This document shows, in pieces, positions 23,801 to 36,427 of a DNA stretch of 61,791 nucleotides (positions are counted from its first letter, which is position 1; every line of letters begins with the position of its first letter). Below the pieces are notes generated by a model, which was not told the DNA's origin, did not search any database, and saw nothing but the letters and a program-made list of their open reading frames with translations. The DNA is from Rhina ancylostomus (taxonomy: Eukaryota). The position numbers and the translations under genes are program-made. Where the stretch lies: assembly GCA_030265395.1 (NCBI GenBank), contig JARFYF010000022.1, forward strand, positions 21,725,442 to 21,787,232, in the 5' to 3' direction.

Positions 23801-24361
23801 TAAGTAGCTTTGGTTTTCACAGTAAAAATAAGGCATCAATGTTGAAGCATATCAAATCGCTGATTCTCAGCTAATTGAACCAGCACAATAGGATACGGTG
23901 TGTAACAGCAGAGAGTCTCTGATATTATCTTTCATATTTCTGTGTTTAATTGAAATGTGGTGCAAGAATTTTTACACAGTATTGATAGCTTAGCTGTCAT
24001 TAAAACTGAAAATTCCAGGGCATTGTATTTAAAATTATATTCTTTTGTGTGCACAAGGCCAAGCTTACAGAGAATAATAACACAGCAGCTGGAAAAAAAC
24101 ATAAATTTGAGAGACTATAGCCAAGAAATTCATCCCAGTCAGTAGTGCTAAAAGCATGATGTATTCTTATCCAGTGCACTTATGTCAATGCAATTAATTT
24201 TGGAGGCAGAGTACAATGCACTGATGCTGCTATGATATGATCTGTTTAATGTTACAAACCAGGGTTAACTTCCTGGGCGACTCAGCTTCGTTCTGTCACT
24301 TTCCTTCCTCTGGTCTCCTTCATCACTAACACACTCACAAAACCTACCGCTAATAAAAAAG

Positions 24362-24482
24362 ATCTGCAAACACGAGAAATCTGAGATAAAGACAGAAAAT
24401 GCTGGAAATACTCAGCAGGTCCAACAGTATATGTGGAGAGAGAAACAAACTTAACATTGCAGGCTGAGATCTTTCACAAGGC
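24362..24482. mobile_element. Penelope-derived palindromic element, left arm (old)
   Basis: acagaaaatgctggaaatactcagcaggtccaacagtatatgtggagagagaaacaaacttaacattgcaggctgagatctttcac. Confidence 0.7.
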
Positions 24483-24924
24483 TTGATTCCACCTGACTTA
24501 TTGTTAATACCTTACTCTTAATCCACGTGCATTAAAAAAACATAAGCGAAAAGTTAAAAAAAACCTTGGAAATGAGGGGAATGTATCTTTTAGTGTCTTC
24601 CCAATATTCACATCTACATCCCGTTCTGCGGAGACAAATCTTACGGTTGCCCCAATAACTCTGTGCCTAAGTTGCATGCACCTCTACCTTACGTACAAGT
24701 ACCCGCGCCAGTAAACCGCAAGGGATAGTCTATGCAGCATCAGATCCTTGTAGTCGAAACAAAAAGCTAAAAATAAACGGAAGAACCTCACCAAACTCGG
24801 AATCTCCCCCTTGAGACTACGAATAAAAAATCTTTTTTTTCGCCGAGGAGAGGTTGGGTTCTTGATATGCTCATGTTGCCCGCACGGTGGCAGTGGTGGC
24901 TTGGTGTTCGTCAGCCAAAAAGCT

Positions 24925-24964
24925 CCTTGGCCGACGCCAAGGGCCAATACAATTGACCAATCAG
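24925..24964 (+). promoter_or_regulatory. NFI-like palindrome plus tandem CCAAT (NF-Y) boxes
   Basis: ccttggc-cgac-gccaagg (24925-24942; spacer 4, canonical NFI is 5), ggCCAAT 24944-24948 and gaCCAATcag 24955-24964. Confidence 0.6.
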
Positions 24965-24999
24965 TGCTGAGACGATGGGAGGTAATCGGGTAATTGCAT

Positions 25000-26204
25000 T
25001 TTTTCCCCATCAAGAGAGAGAGGAAGAGTAAGTGTAAAGGAATAAAGAGTGCAAGCAGGCAGCTGCGCAAAGTGCACGAAGGCTTCAGACGGGAGCATCC
25101 ACGATCAACCTGGATGTTAATAAATAAGTAGAGGACATGTGGGCTGGAATTTCATGCAGTTGGCATGAAGCGCTGCTCCTTCTGGTTTTAAAGGAGTGCA
25201 AGATTTGCATCTGAAACTCTCTAGGATTTCTCCAACCCCCCCCCCCCCCCCCCCCCCCCCCCCGTCTCCCGTCCTCCCCGCGAAAACTAATTGACATTTT
25301 AAAGGTGTCAGCCAAACTGATGATGTTCAGAGGAGACATTAACTTGTCGATGGCGGTCTGGGAGATGGTACTGTGACTCAAGAGCCGCAAAGGGAGGGAG
25401 CGAGGGGGGAAGGAAAGTGGAAGGATTGAGCGTGGAATAAAACGAAAGGAAGAGAACTGGGAGGATCGCCCTGTGGTCTGATGGTGCCAAGACAGGGAGA
25501 ATGAAAAGCGAGGCAGAGCTGTGGGAAGGAGCCTGTTCTACAGTTGAAGGGAAGAGCAGAGGGGCGAAGGAAATCAGCGTCTCCGCAGTGCCTGGGCTTG
25601 GGTGCTGTGCTGTGCAGGAGGCGTGAGGTCGGAACAAGAAAAATGAAATTGAGGATTGCACCGGCCGATCTTATCTCTGATGTGAGATGAAAGAGCGAGA
25701 GAGCGAAAAAGAGGAGGAAAATTAAAAGGCCACAGGAAGCGAGAGAAAGAAAAACCCTTACCGCACTGCTTTGTGATTGGAAAATATAATCAGCTCGTAG
25801 AGGAGGAAAGAAAGTTGTTCTGGGAGTAACGTCTGTATATTTAAAGAAAAACAAACAGGCTTGTTGTCATTGAGACACGGGCAGCCGGGATAACACACTA
25901 AAAGATTCCGATTCCTTGGGATGGAGAGAGGAATTCCACTTGGAATGTGATGCTTTTTGAGTTTGGGAAGAAGAAATGAATGCTTCTGTTTGAAGAGAGA
26001 ATACGCTGCACGGGAGAGGGACCGATGGCCGGGCGAACACGGAGTGAATGAAGAGACGTGCCTTTTGGATATTTCTGCGGAGCGGAGGGGAATGCCATGC
26101 CGGAAATTGATTTGAAATTGCAGATGTGCATTTTTCTGCTGAGAGGAGAGGAGAGATTTGGGAACTAAAATAGACCTGGAAACGGGAGCAAGGGAAATCA
26201 ACCT
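25000..26204 (+). other. Putative non-coding first exon (5' UTR); start approximate
   Basis: Lies downstream of the CCAAT boxes, GA-rich, no long + ORF, ends at acct|GTGAGT (donor 26205-26210). Confidence 0.5.
25236..25263 (+). repeat. Poly-C tract (C28)
   Basis: Seen directly. Confidence 0.95.
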
Positions 26205-26225
26205 GTGAGTTCAGCTCGAAATTTC

Positions 26226-26227
<2 letters not shown>

Positions 26228-26258
<31 letters not shown>

Positions 26259-26268
26259 TTATTTATTT
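26228..26268 (+). repeat. (TG)14 microsatellite followed by (ATTT)3
   Basis: Seen directly. Confidence 0.95.
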
Positions 26269-28562
26269 GAGTTAAGTCCATTCATTCACCCAGCCACCAA
26301 ATAGAAAGGGGGGATGGAAATGCATATAGAAGGGGGCTAAGTTTCTTTCCGCAAGCTTTCGTGGTTCGTTTGGGGTTGAGAGCTGAAGTAGCGGATGGAC
26401 GGGTTTATTTTTCTCTCCGGGAAGTCGCCGGTTCGCTGCAGTTTCCTAATGAGCTGCAGATAATGAGACGGTCGGCTGTGCGGAACCCGCTTTTAACTCC
26501 CTTATCGCTGTCACTGCACACAGGCGCCAACGCGAAGCCCCTGTCATTTCTTCCGCTGTGCCATTTCAGTAAGCGTTAATTATTTAAATCAAAGCTTTGC
26601 AATCTTCGGCTTTCCAGCCAACAGCAAATTGCTGATAAGAGGTCACTTCTTTTCATAAGGAATTGCTAATTGGGGCAATTTTCTATGCGCATGAATTTGT
26701 ACTGAAGGGAATTCAACACGAGCCTCCTGCGTTATGAATTATTGCAAGGTGCTTGCAGGCGTATTTGGCGGGTGATCTGCGATGAAGGGTTGGATTCCAA
26801 AAAATGCCATTACAACACCCAACGCCCTCTCACTATGCCAGAAGCGTTTTCTGATCAGTGTAGATTGAAAATGGAATGTGGAGTTTTTAATCGCACCTAT
26901 TGTCAGTTTTGGTACAGTGGTTGTACTCAGTGTGAAGGGATCGCTGAACAATAATCCCATTATATTGACGCTCTCTCTTAAATATCAGTAAGCACCGTGG
27001 CTTCTCATCCCGATTGCTTACGGGAGTGCTAGATCAGTCTGGAAGACTCATTGAGAAGAAATTCTCATAAGAGGACTTCATTAGTACTGGGCATGCTCGT
27101 GCTCTCTGGATGATTGAGAATGCATCAGCCAGAGAGAAAACTGTCCATTTTGTCCAAAGTCCCAGCCAGAAATAATGATTTTGTGTTTCCACGGTTATGC
27201 TGACAAGGAGGAATAATGCTGAACAGGACAAATAGTATTAACCGTACATTCGGAAATCTTTTATCTCCAACTTTCAAAGAGCTGTTCTGATTGAGCATGG
27301 GATTAATACTTGAAGGGATGTAATGTGTTTATCCTAAACTGTGATTTGTAACTACATTGAAATATGTAAACACGTTGGTGCAATATTAGTCAAANNNNNN
27401 NNNNTCAACTCCTGGGATTCCATAGCAATTCATTATTTTTTTTGAAAATGGTAACTTCATCACTTTAATATGCTAATTAACAAAAATGTCAAAATAGTTG
27501 CATTTCGTTGCACATTTTTTATTTTCACTGTACTGAATTTTAAATATTTGATATTTCCATGTAACATTGTATGCAATGGCACTGAAGTTTGGATTTATTT
27601 TGCAAGGATATCCTCTTTGCCTTTTATTGTTCAGTTCTTAAAAAACTCTGTTCCTAAAATTTAGAAATTTTGAAATTCATAATCTTGAGATCATATGCAA
27701 TATTCTTAATTTCATTGTGAATTTGCACCATTTCACAAAGATGTGCAAAAGTAGATTTTGAAAGAAATATCAAAGTACAAGGTTATAAATAATCAGTATT
27801 TTTCCTTAATTATTCTTGGTATCATTTGAGAGTGAAATGCTTATTAGAATCCCATTTTTGATTGGTTTATCTCCTAAATTATCAGGGCCCTATTCAGACG
27901 TGTAATTAAAATCATTGTATTTTGGCTTCAAAGCTAATTAACCTAACTTTAGGTTATTTTGCACATGAGCTTCCAACATTGTATTGTGCAATTAAAGTTG
28001 TGCATATTCATAGACTTAATCTAGTTTAACTATTTGTATTCTTCCCAATGTTGTGAATGTGTTCATCAGAATTTAAGTGGCATTTCACTGCTCTGAGAAA
28101 TATGACCTATTTCTAGACTTCCTTGGTCTGCCATTGCATAGTAGAAATTAGAAAATGCTGCCAGCCATTTCAACTGCTGTGACCAGGAAGGAATCCTGAA
28201 ATGATCCACAATAACCCATGGATCCAACATTCAGTGACGGTACTTGGCCCCTTCTATGAATGGTATTCCTTCTGCACTAATGCCATCAAAACAGCAGCAG
28301 ACTTAATGCATTCCACCACCAGGCCAAGGAAAGATTGCCATCATGCAGGATGTTTTGTTCAGTTCTATTTCTTTTGAAACAAAATAACTTCATTTTAATT
28401 CTCTTTAGGGGTTTGACTGAGGTTTTATGTATAAATAAAGTGCTTCCTGCCCTTTAAAGGGGAAAAAAATAAGCTTGAATTTTAATTATAATCAGCATAT
28501 TTATGATATTTCTCTATATCTGAATGATCTCGGGTGGGGCATGTATGCTTAAGATATGCCAT

Positions 28563-28874
28563 TGTGGCAACTTACCTTCCACAAACCGGCTCCCAGGATC
28601 GCGAGCGTCGTCGGAGACCCTGACACAAGATGGCGCGGGGCACTCCTCCTTTGTTGGGTTAGTGGAGCCCGCGCGCGGGAAGGTCACGTGACCTGCGCNN
28701 NNNNNNNNNNNNNNNNNNNNNNNNNNNNNNNNNNNNNNNNNNNNNNNNNNNNNNNNNNNNNNNNNNNNNNNNNNNNNNNNNNNNNNNNNNNNNNNNNNCA
28801 CCCCAGTCGTTCATTCGACTCTTGGACTCCAAACAAGTGTCTCGTGTCTTTATTCAGTGTAGCTAGCCACTACA
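28563..28874. mobile_element. LTR (solo LTR or gap-collapsed element), probably Gypsy-type, young
   Basis: TG...CA termini (tgtggc...gccactaca) flanked by the 4-bp duplication ccat (28559-28562, 28875-28878); CpG-rich; internal 100-N gap. Confidence 0.75.
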
Positions 28875-29577
28875 CCATATTATTTTTTCTTCAATTCATT
28901 GTGATGACCCATCAACATGGAAATCTGGGGGGAATATAAATAACGTATTGAAATATCTTCATGTTAGCTTTATTAAAGAGTCAGAGGCTCTGTCTGTGTC
29001 CTTACTGTAAAGGTAAACCCAGATATCCCACAGAACATTTGGTTGAGGCCTCAGTATTTGGACTATAATTAAGAGAAATGTTTCTCTTTTCTACTGAGAT
29101 AAAAAGTTGCCTGCGTAATATGGAGATTCTTAAAGCCTAAATGATCAAAATCTTGAATGCTGGCACTCATTCGCAGGGAAATTCTTTTGCTGAAATTATG
29201 GGATGTTCTGTTTCATATAAAACACTATAACTTTTCTGGAGTTTGCCTGCAAAGAAATTTGTAGGATGTCAAAACAAGGGAGGAATACAGAGTAGATTGT
29301 ATATTGATCAATGTTCACTTAAAAGTCTTGTGGGATGACTATCTATTTATTTTCTAAAAGCAGTTTGTGTCGGGTGTATGTTTATTGGTCAAGGTCAATA
29401 AATCCACGAGGGAATTCAAGAGAAAAGATATGGAATTTGCTATTGCATAGTACACTTGAGGTAAATGGCTCAGATACATTTTCTTTAAAAGATCTATCAC
29501 TTTTTTTTAGGAGAAACTAGGTGGGGGATAAACAAATCTTATACTTAATGAGGGAGGAATTGGGTGTAGGAAAGTAA

Positions 29578-29680
29578 TTGGATGCTGAAAATCTGAATTT
29601 AAAATAGAAAATGCTGGCAGGGTAGGCACCATCTGTGGAGAAAAACACAGTTAACATTTCAGGTTGGTGACATTTCTCCA
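29578..29680. mobile_element. Penelope-derived palindromic element, left arm (old)
   Basis: gatgctgaaaatctgaatttaaaatagaaaatgctggcagggtaggcaccatctgtggagaaaaacacagttaacatttcaggttggtgac. Confidence 0.65.
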
Positions 29681-32600
29681 TTTCCGTTATTGGAAGTAGT
29701 CCTTAGAATCAGCATGGCTAATCCCATACTCCTTATGATCAATGAACTTTCCTTTACCGTGCGAATATGCAGTCATGTGATAGCACGTCTCAAGTCTCTA
29801 ACAATGGAAGCTCTGTGTTATATGAAGTGAATGCCAGAATTCTGTATGTGTGTGAGACAACTTGCACTTTTCCAGTCTTATTAAAGGCAGCTTGATTAAC
29901 AATTTATTGAGGCAAGATCTTGTGTGAATCATCAAACTGCAGTACTTTAGAATCAGTAGGTGGACATGAAATTAGCAGCAATAGTGCTAACTGCCGCCTT
30001 GGTATTCATTTACAAAGAAAACCAAAGCACTCCATGTTGACAGCCTTAATAACACAACCTTGGTTAATCTCCCTCTGATTTTGACCTGTTTAGGTTTGTT
30101 ATGCCCCTCCTTTGTTTGTCAGGTTGCCTGACCCAACTTAACCAAGGTGTTCCAGTTCCATTGTGCTCACCTGACCTTGTGCTTTCTAACCGGACTTCTG
30201 TCTCACTTACTCCCAATCCGGCGATGGCAATTAAACAAGTTAAAATTTCCTGCCAATGAACCCCGCTGAGCTCAAATAAGCAGGGCTATCCTAAGTGTAA
30301 TGGATGTGGGAAATCACTGGACTGTTAAATGAATTTCCTTCATCTCAAGCAGTCTGGTTTGCTTCATCTGATTTCCAAATCACATCTCGCAGTGCTGCTG
30401 TTCATAGTTTAACCCTTTCAGAGAAATATTTAACCTAATATTAATATTTTAGTATAAATAATTTCAAACTCCTGGCAAAAAGATCAAAGTTCCCAAAGGA
30501 CGGCATAACATAATTGAAGTGCTGCAGGGTGAATGTGATTGAGTTTTGTGGATTTGTGATCAATTTGAATACAGTGTTTTTAACCTACAGAGGTTTAATT
30601 CCTGTTATAGCAAACTGTTCACATAAGTTTAAAAAAAAGTGTCACTTTTCCTGTCAAAGTAGGAGTTAATTTGTGGTAGGAAAAATTCAGACTATAATTC
30701 AATAATCTCTAAAAACACTGTTTTTATATTAATGAAAAATTATCAAAATAGATTAGCCAGAAAAACCTCTATTGTAGAAGAGCCATCACGGAGTAAATCA
30801 CAATAGAAATATCCTGAGCGCCATGAACAGAACATTGCTAATATAATAGAAGAGGAGGGGTTAAACAAAACCTTTGATGTCTGAGTATGAGTGAAATGAA
30901 GTAATTCTCGGGTTGGGATAAGTAACAGACAATACCAGAAACATGTATTTTGTGGAAAGATGTTATTTTCATGTCTGAAGTTTTACTTTGAGCAAAGAAT
31001 ACATACCCTGATATCTTATTACAAGGTATCTAATTATAGATACCAAATGTAATCATCCTTTGCATTATGTGGTACAGATTGATAGTCGTTTAAGTATGCT
31101 TTAAGTGCGATGGGAGAATGTGGATTAGTGGTAATGAGACCAATCTTTTGAGAACATTTTCCAGAAGGTAAAAGAAAGATTGTCACACACAATTTAGATT
31201 CAACTAGTTGAAATATCACAAACTCTTAAAAATGGCATAAATTCTTGAAATAGGAACAAAATTGTTATCAAGGAATATGCTGTTTGTGAATTATGGCTTA
31301 GTGTACCATTAAAAACAGATTTACACTTCATAAATTTTTAGCGATTGTTACAGGACTTTGGAAAAGAGAAGGCTACAAAAACAATAATGAAAAGCAGGAA
31401 TTCACTCAGCAGGAATTTCCTCAGCAATGTCTGGATCTCTGCATTTAATCGTGGATGTATGTATTCTAGATTTATTGTGCATATTTTAAAATTTTCTCCA
31501 GCATAATAGTGAGCACTGAAAGCCTCATCGTTATTCTCCCTGCAAATTCCAGGGCAATAAATTACAATGTGGGAGTAATCTATTAATTCATCCAAGGAAA
31601 AGGTCTAGGTAATTTTGCATAATCAATGATAAATTTTCCACAAGACACATAATAAACAATATGCTGAAGTAGGTGATGTAAGTAGATATTGGAAGTTAAA
31701 GTAATATAAGTAAATTTCAACTTTTGTGAAGGGAATATAAAGAATGCGGTTCGTACCCTGGACAGTAATGAAGAAGAAAAATCATCCTTCCAAAAGTCCT
31801 CCAGGATTTAAACTCTAGAGAAATACTCTGAGTTGATTGATGGATTCCATTTATGATGGCTCATCCTTAAAATAGAGAGAGATAGCATAGCCTGCCAAAA
31901 TGACCCACTATTTTCTTTGAGATTTCTAAGAATGTATCAATGATGAATAAAAAGCTTTTGGACAACTTGCAAGATATCATTAGGTATCCCTCAAAATGCT
32001 GGGCATATGAATGCATCCCAGAAATGTATGGGGTTAATTTTATTGTTAATATGATCTTGACATTGAACATGTTGAGTAAGTGCAAATTTGATGTCCTGTT
32101 TTTGAATGTGATATGCAAGACATAGAAATTCATCAGGAGCAAAGGACATAATTCTGGTGCTACTAAGCATACAGTAGTATCAGAGGAAGTACAGGTGGCA
32201 CACACTTTACAGGGGCGCTGCGTTGCTAGAAAATGTCCATTTTGTGATTTTTTTCCACAAGGCAAAGCCACGTCATCTGTGCATGTATCAAGAAACACGA
32301 GTTGATAAAAATTGTGTTTATTTACTTTGTTCACATAAATTCCTATAAGAATGAATTTTATTCTGTATCTCAAGATTTTGGGTAGTGATCTGTGAATTCT
32401 ACAAGGGCCCATTTCCATTACTGAATGGGGGGGGGTGGGGTTGGTGAGGGGGGCACCTGTAAACAGATAAGAAGGCTTACATCTCGTAGTCTCACCATAG
32501 TTCTGCTGTTAGTGCAAAAGATTGGGATTGCTCCACTATTATAATTTAATATAAATAGTTTCTAACAGCCACTATTAAATGTAATTATCTAACCATGAAT

Positions 32601-32689
32601 AAAATGAAGTAAAAGAAATGAACTACTACATTAACTTCAACATCTTGTATCTTGTGCAGAGCTTCCAGTGAAGAAATAATTTCACATCC

Positions 32690-33105
32690 TCAACAAAAGG
32701 AAGATGAGTACCTGAAACAAAGATGACCGGATGAAGTGGAGGTGGGGTGGGAGGGGCGTGCGTGTTAGTGGTGGGAAGATCATGGGTTTTATCCGTAGGA
32801 GGTGTTCTGCACAGAGATCAAGAGGGGCTAGAGGAGCAGGAAGGTGAAGTGTTTGGCTGGGAATTCCATGTGGCAGGACCACTGTTGATTGAGAAACAAG
32901 TAATAATCATGAATAGAATAAGTGGAGAGACCTTTTGGATATAGTTGTACATCAGCCCAATAATTTTGAAGTTAATTTGCCAGGGGTCCACGAAGCAATT
33001 GAGCTGGGTGGGATCATAGTATTCTGGATTCTGCAGTGCAGAAGCCAAATCAAAAGTAGTGTTAAAAGGTGCCAGGGGCTCAATTGCAACCATAAACATT
33101 TCCTT
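32690..33105 (-). mobile_element. Old L2-like LINE 3' relic
   Basis: Purine-rich + strand with gggaattccatgtggcaggacc and aattttgaagttaatttgccagggg, as in reversed L2 3' ends. Confidence 0.35.
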
Positions 33106-33559
33106 TTNNNNNNNNNNNNNNNNNNTTAGTATGGATAATTACTTTAGATATGCTTTTTTAAAAAAAGATCATTACTATTCAGTTCAGCTCTGTGGTAACC
33201 ACTATTTGTGTTCCATTATTCACTAAAGAGCAATTATGCAGGTGACAAGCCCACAAGCTGGAGGTATGTAGAAGCGACTATGCTGTTGAAATGGCACTGA
33301 TGTAGCTAAATTCATGTGGTAACCATTGGCTCTAATGCCTAGTACATGGAGTTAACAGCAGGATGGGCCTCCCTGCCTGTCCAATACAAAGGGATAAATA
33401 ATTACTTTTAGGGTAGTTGCTGGAAAAAGTCTTTATCCAAATTTTTGTGGAGTTTTTGATATCTACAGAGTGGAGTTGGAGAAGGAAAGATTATGTGTCT
33501 TCAAGTTTGAGCAGGTTATTGCTCTATCCAAAGAAAGGTGCTGCTGTGACCATTCATCT

Positions 33560-34700
33560 TAGATTGCAGCATTATGAGGAAAATGAACTTGAGGGTAGGC
33601 ACAGCAAGGAGACCTATCAGAAGAGAGAAGTAGAGGAGATCCCTAAGTAGCAAACCACAAGTGTTCAGGAAGATGCCTCCCATACGTTGCTCAGTGAGGA
33701 GAAATGGCATAGAAGATTATGCCTCAGTAGGAGAGTTGGCGCAAAGACATCCTACACCCTGCAGCCACGTTGTCAACAGATTTTACAATCATGGTGGGCA
33801 TCAATTGTTGTACATCTGTATGTTTCCAGGCTATAACAGTTTGCAACTGCAATATTTTTCATTTTGTGATGCTGTGCAATGAAGATTAAGATGGCCTAGA
33901 CTCCAAGAGAGTGGAGTATATCATCTTCTGCCTCAGCAATGAGAAGCAGGGAGATTGAACACATGTGGTGCAGGGTGTTTTTAACTGCACCCACAGCAGC
34001 ATATTTGACTGCAGAGAAGAGCTGCATTGGCAAGAGGTCCTGCTCGCTAGATCTGCAGTTAGTTTGGAATGTACCCAACACTACATTGGTAAGTGTTGTG
34101 CAGTGTATTCTGGTGCTTTGCCTGTACTGATTGAAGAGCTAACAGTGTGTGCAAGTTCTGAGATGTGGCTTTGAAGCTTGGAGAAGCAATATTTGTGTGA
34201 GTGTGAATGGACTGTTTGTAGGATTAGTCCAAGTCCTGATTGACAGAAATTGTTAGTGTGTGATACACTGAGCAGCATGTAGGGCGAGTGATACAGTGTA
34301 GAAGAGCATCATCTCAAGGTGCATTCTTTGTTCTTAATTACCATTGTTAGGCTATTGAACTTTTGTTGCATTGCATCTTTTTCCTTGAGGTTTCATTTCT
34401 TGCATAGCCCGGAACGACTCTCTCCTATTTCCACATTAACATCTGCTTGGACAGCTCCTCAGTTTGCGGTGAGCAAAGGAACTCTCTCTTCCCCTTCACA
34501 TCATCCAACAAATGCTGCACCAGGAAATATAGGTGACTGTACTCACCTGTGTTTTGTCATCTCTTCCAAAAACCTGCTGATGCCTCAAGAATTACTTGCA
34601 CCATTAGTTCTAGCCACAATATTCCTTTCCTGTTGGTGATGTACCTGCATTCAATCATGGCCGGATAGTTGAACCAACATAAGACACTCCCAAAACTGAC
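33560..34700. mobile_element. PIF/Harbinger DNA transposon relic
   Basis: + strand 33681-33770 HTLLSEEKWHRRLCLSRRV...LQP and ~33799-33840 HQLLYICMFPGYNS resemble the HARBI1-like transposase N-terminus and the FPGSxHD motif with an internal deletion; the downstream extent is uncertain. Confidence 0.45.
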
Positions 34701-35989
34701 GTTAAAGGGCAGTCTACATTGTGATCATTGCTGACTTAATCACTAAAAATTTTGCCAATGCGTTAGCCACATATATTTCATCTGTAGCCTGTGTCAGATA
34801 ACATGTATGTGAGCAAATAACTCATTGCAATGCTACTGCACATTTTTACTATGATTCAATGTATCTCCCTTCCTCCAATTACAGAATCCCTTGTTTGAAA
34901 CCAAGCAATGAAATATTTGATTGATTGAAAGAATGAAAGGTTAAATACAAGACTTCTGACAGTCTTCTTATGGAGTACTGCTTTTTCCATTAGAGTGTAT
35001 TAGACCTGGATAAAAGCTAATCATAAAATTGCATGAAATAGAACATGAACATGCATGAGCATCCCAGTCTCCAAATGATCACTTTCAATACACTGTTAAA
35101 TACTTTGCATGAGCCTTTGAAGGAGAGAGATGAGAACTGAGCTTGATTTTGTAGCATTGGCATAGGATCCAGTACAATTCTTAGTGGATCTGAATTCACA
35201 ATGATGATGTTTAGTATTAATTTAGGACGTACAATTTAGGACTGAAGTAAATTGTTTCTGTCTTAAGTATTTCAATCTAAAAGATGTGGAAATTCTTAAT
35301 TATCTGCAAGCAATCGGTAATACTTATTTTGTATTCACTACAATTCACAGAGAACATCTTCACAATTTCTGTGCAGTAATGCTGAAGTTGCTGTCATTGA
35401 TTCAGGGAGAGTCCACAGCCTGAGCTGTTTGCAACCTTCACTCCACAATCAAAGAATAGATGAAAATCTTAAACTTTGTTGTTAAAGATCCAATTGAGAT
35501 TTTATTGGCAATCTTAAGCTGTAACTGCTGCTTGGCAATTTAATTGGTCCCAGATAATCTAATTTCATGTATCGTAATTCATGTAAATGTTTCCAAAGAT
35601 AATATGTTATAACATAATTGAACTGCTAAAAATATAAAATATTATAATACTTCAGATGAGACTTCAATTACTCTTGTATAATTCCATTCATTTTTGAGCA
35701 CACATTTTCATCTTAAGGAAGTTGATTAAGATTTGTGCATTTTGCATCTTATGTTATCAGTGAGAGATTTTTATTATTGGCTGTTGGATCAATTTGATGG
35801 CATCACAACTGCTGGATACTTGAAAAAGATGAAGTTCTTGCCAAAGAGATTGCAAGAACTTTGTGGGCAACTTTGTTTAAAGTCAGCTGTTTCTTTTGGA
35901 GTACAAAATTAGGGAAATCTTTCCACAGCTGTTTGTTTTGATGAACACTTCTTAGAATATTGCATACAGTTTTGATTGACTTCACTTAA

Positions 35990-36427
35990 AGAGGGATCAG
36001 AGAAGCTTCACTAGGTTGATTCCTGGAATGAAGGTTGAATGTTGGGCATGTGCTTGCTGGAGTTTGGAAGAATGAGAGGTGATCTAATTGAAATAGATAA
36101 GGTTCAAAGGGAGCTTGACAGGGCAGGTGCTGTGAGGATGTTTCTCTTCGTAGGGGAATATAGAGAACTAAAGAGCAAGCGTTCAGACTAAGAGGTGTCC
36201 ATTTCTTTTCTCAGAGGGCTATAAATTTACGAATCCTCTCCCCCAGAGAGCTGTGGAAGCTAAGTCATTGCATATATTCAGGGCTGAGATAGATTTTTGG
36301 AATTCAGAGTTCTGGGGAACAGGCAGGAAGGTGTCCACGATCAAATTGGCTGCGATCCTATTGAATGGTGAAGTAGACTCGAGGGACCTTGTGCTTCTTC
36401 CTGCTCTTATTCCTGATGTTCATATGT
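35990..36427 (+). mobile_element. CR1 3' fragment (second tail type)
   Basis: cagagaagcttcactaggttgattcctgg, gaagaatgagaggtgatctaattgaa, tail cttcctgctcttattcctgatgttcatatg. Confidence 0.8.

Larger units (their letters stand above)
24600..27030. promoter_or_regulatory. CpG island / promoter and first-exon region of an unidentified gene
   Basis: Sharp rise in CpG and GC in repeat-free sequence against CpG-depleted flanks; CCAAT boxes, octamer, poly-C, purine-rich + strand and a downstream donor. Confidence 0.8.

Noticed and set aside
25572-25595. REST/NRSE-like site in the leader
   Set aside because: Too many mismatches to TTCAGCACCnnGGACAGCGCC
25085-26201. Overlapping minus-strand ORFs in the CpG island, including a poly-Gly one
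   Set aside because: Explained by purine/pyrimidine strand bias and the poly-C tract; no protein similarity recognised
31867-32418. 183-aa minus-strand ORF
   Set aside because: Low-information composition typical of AT-rich non-coding DNA; no motif or exon support
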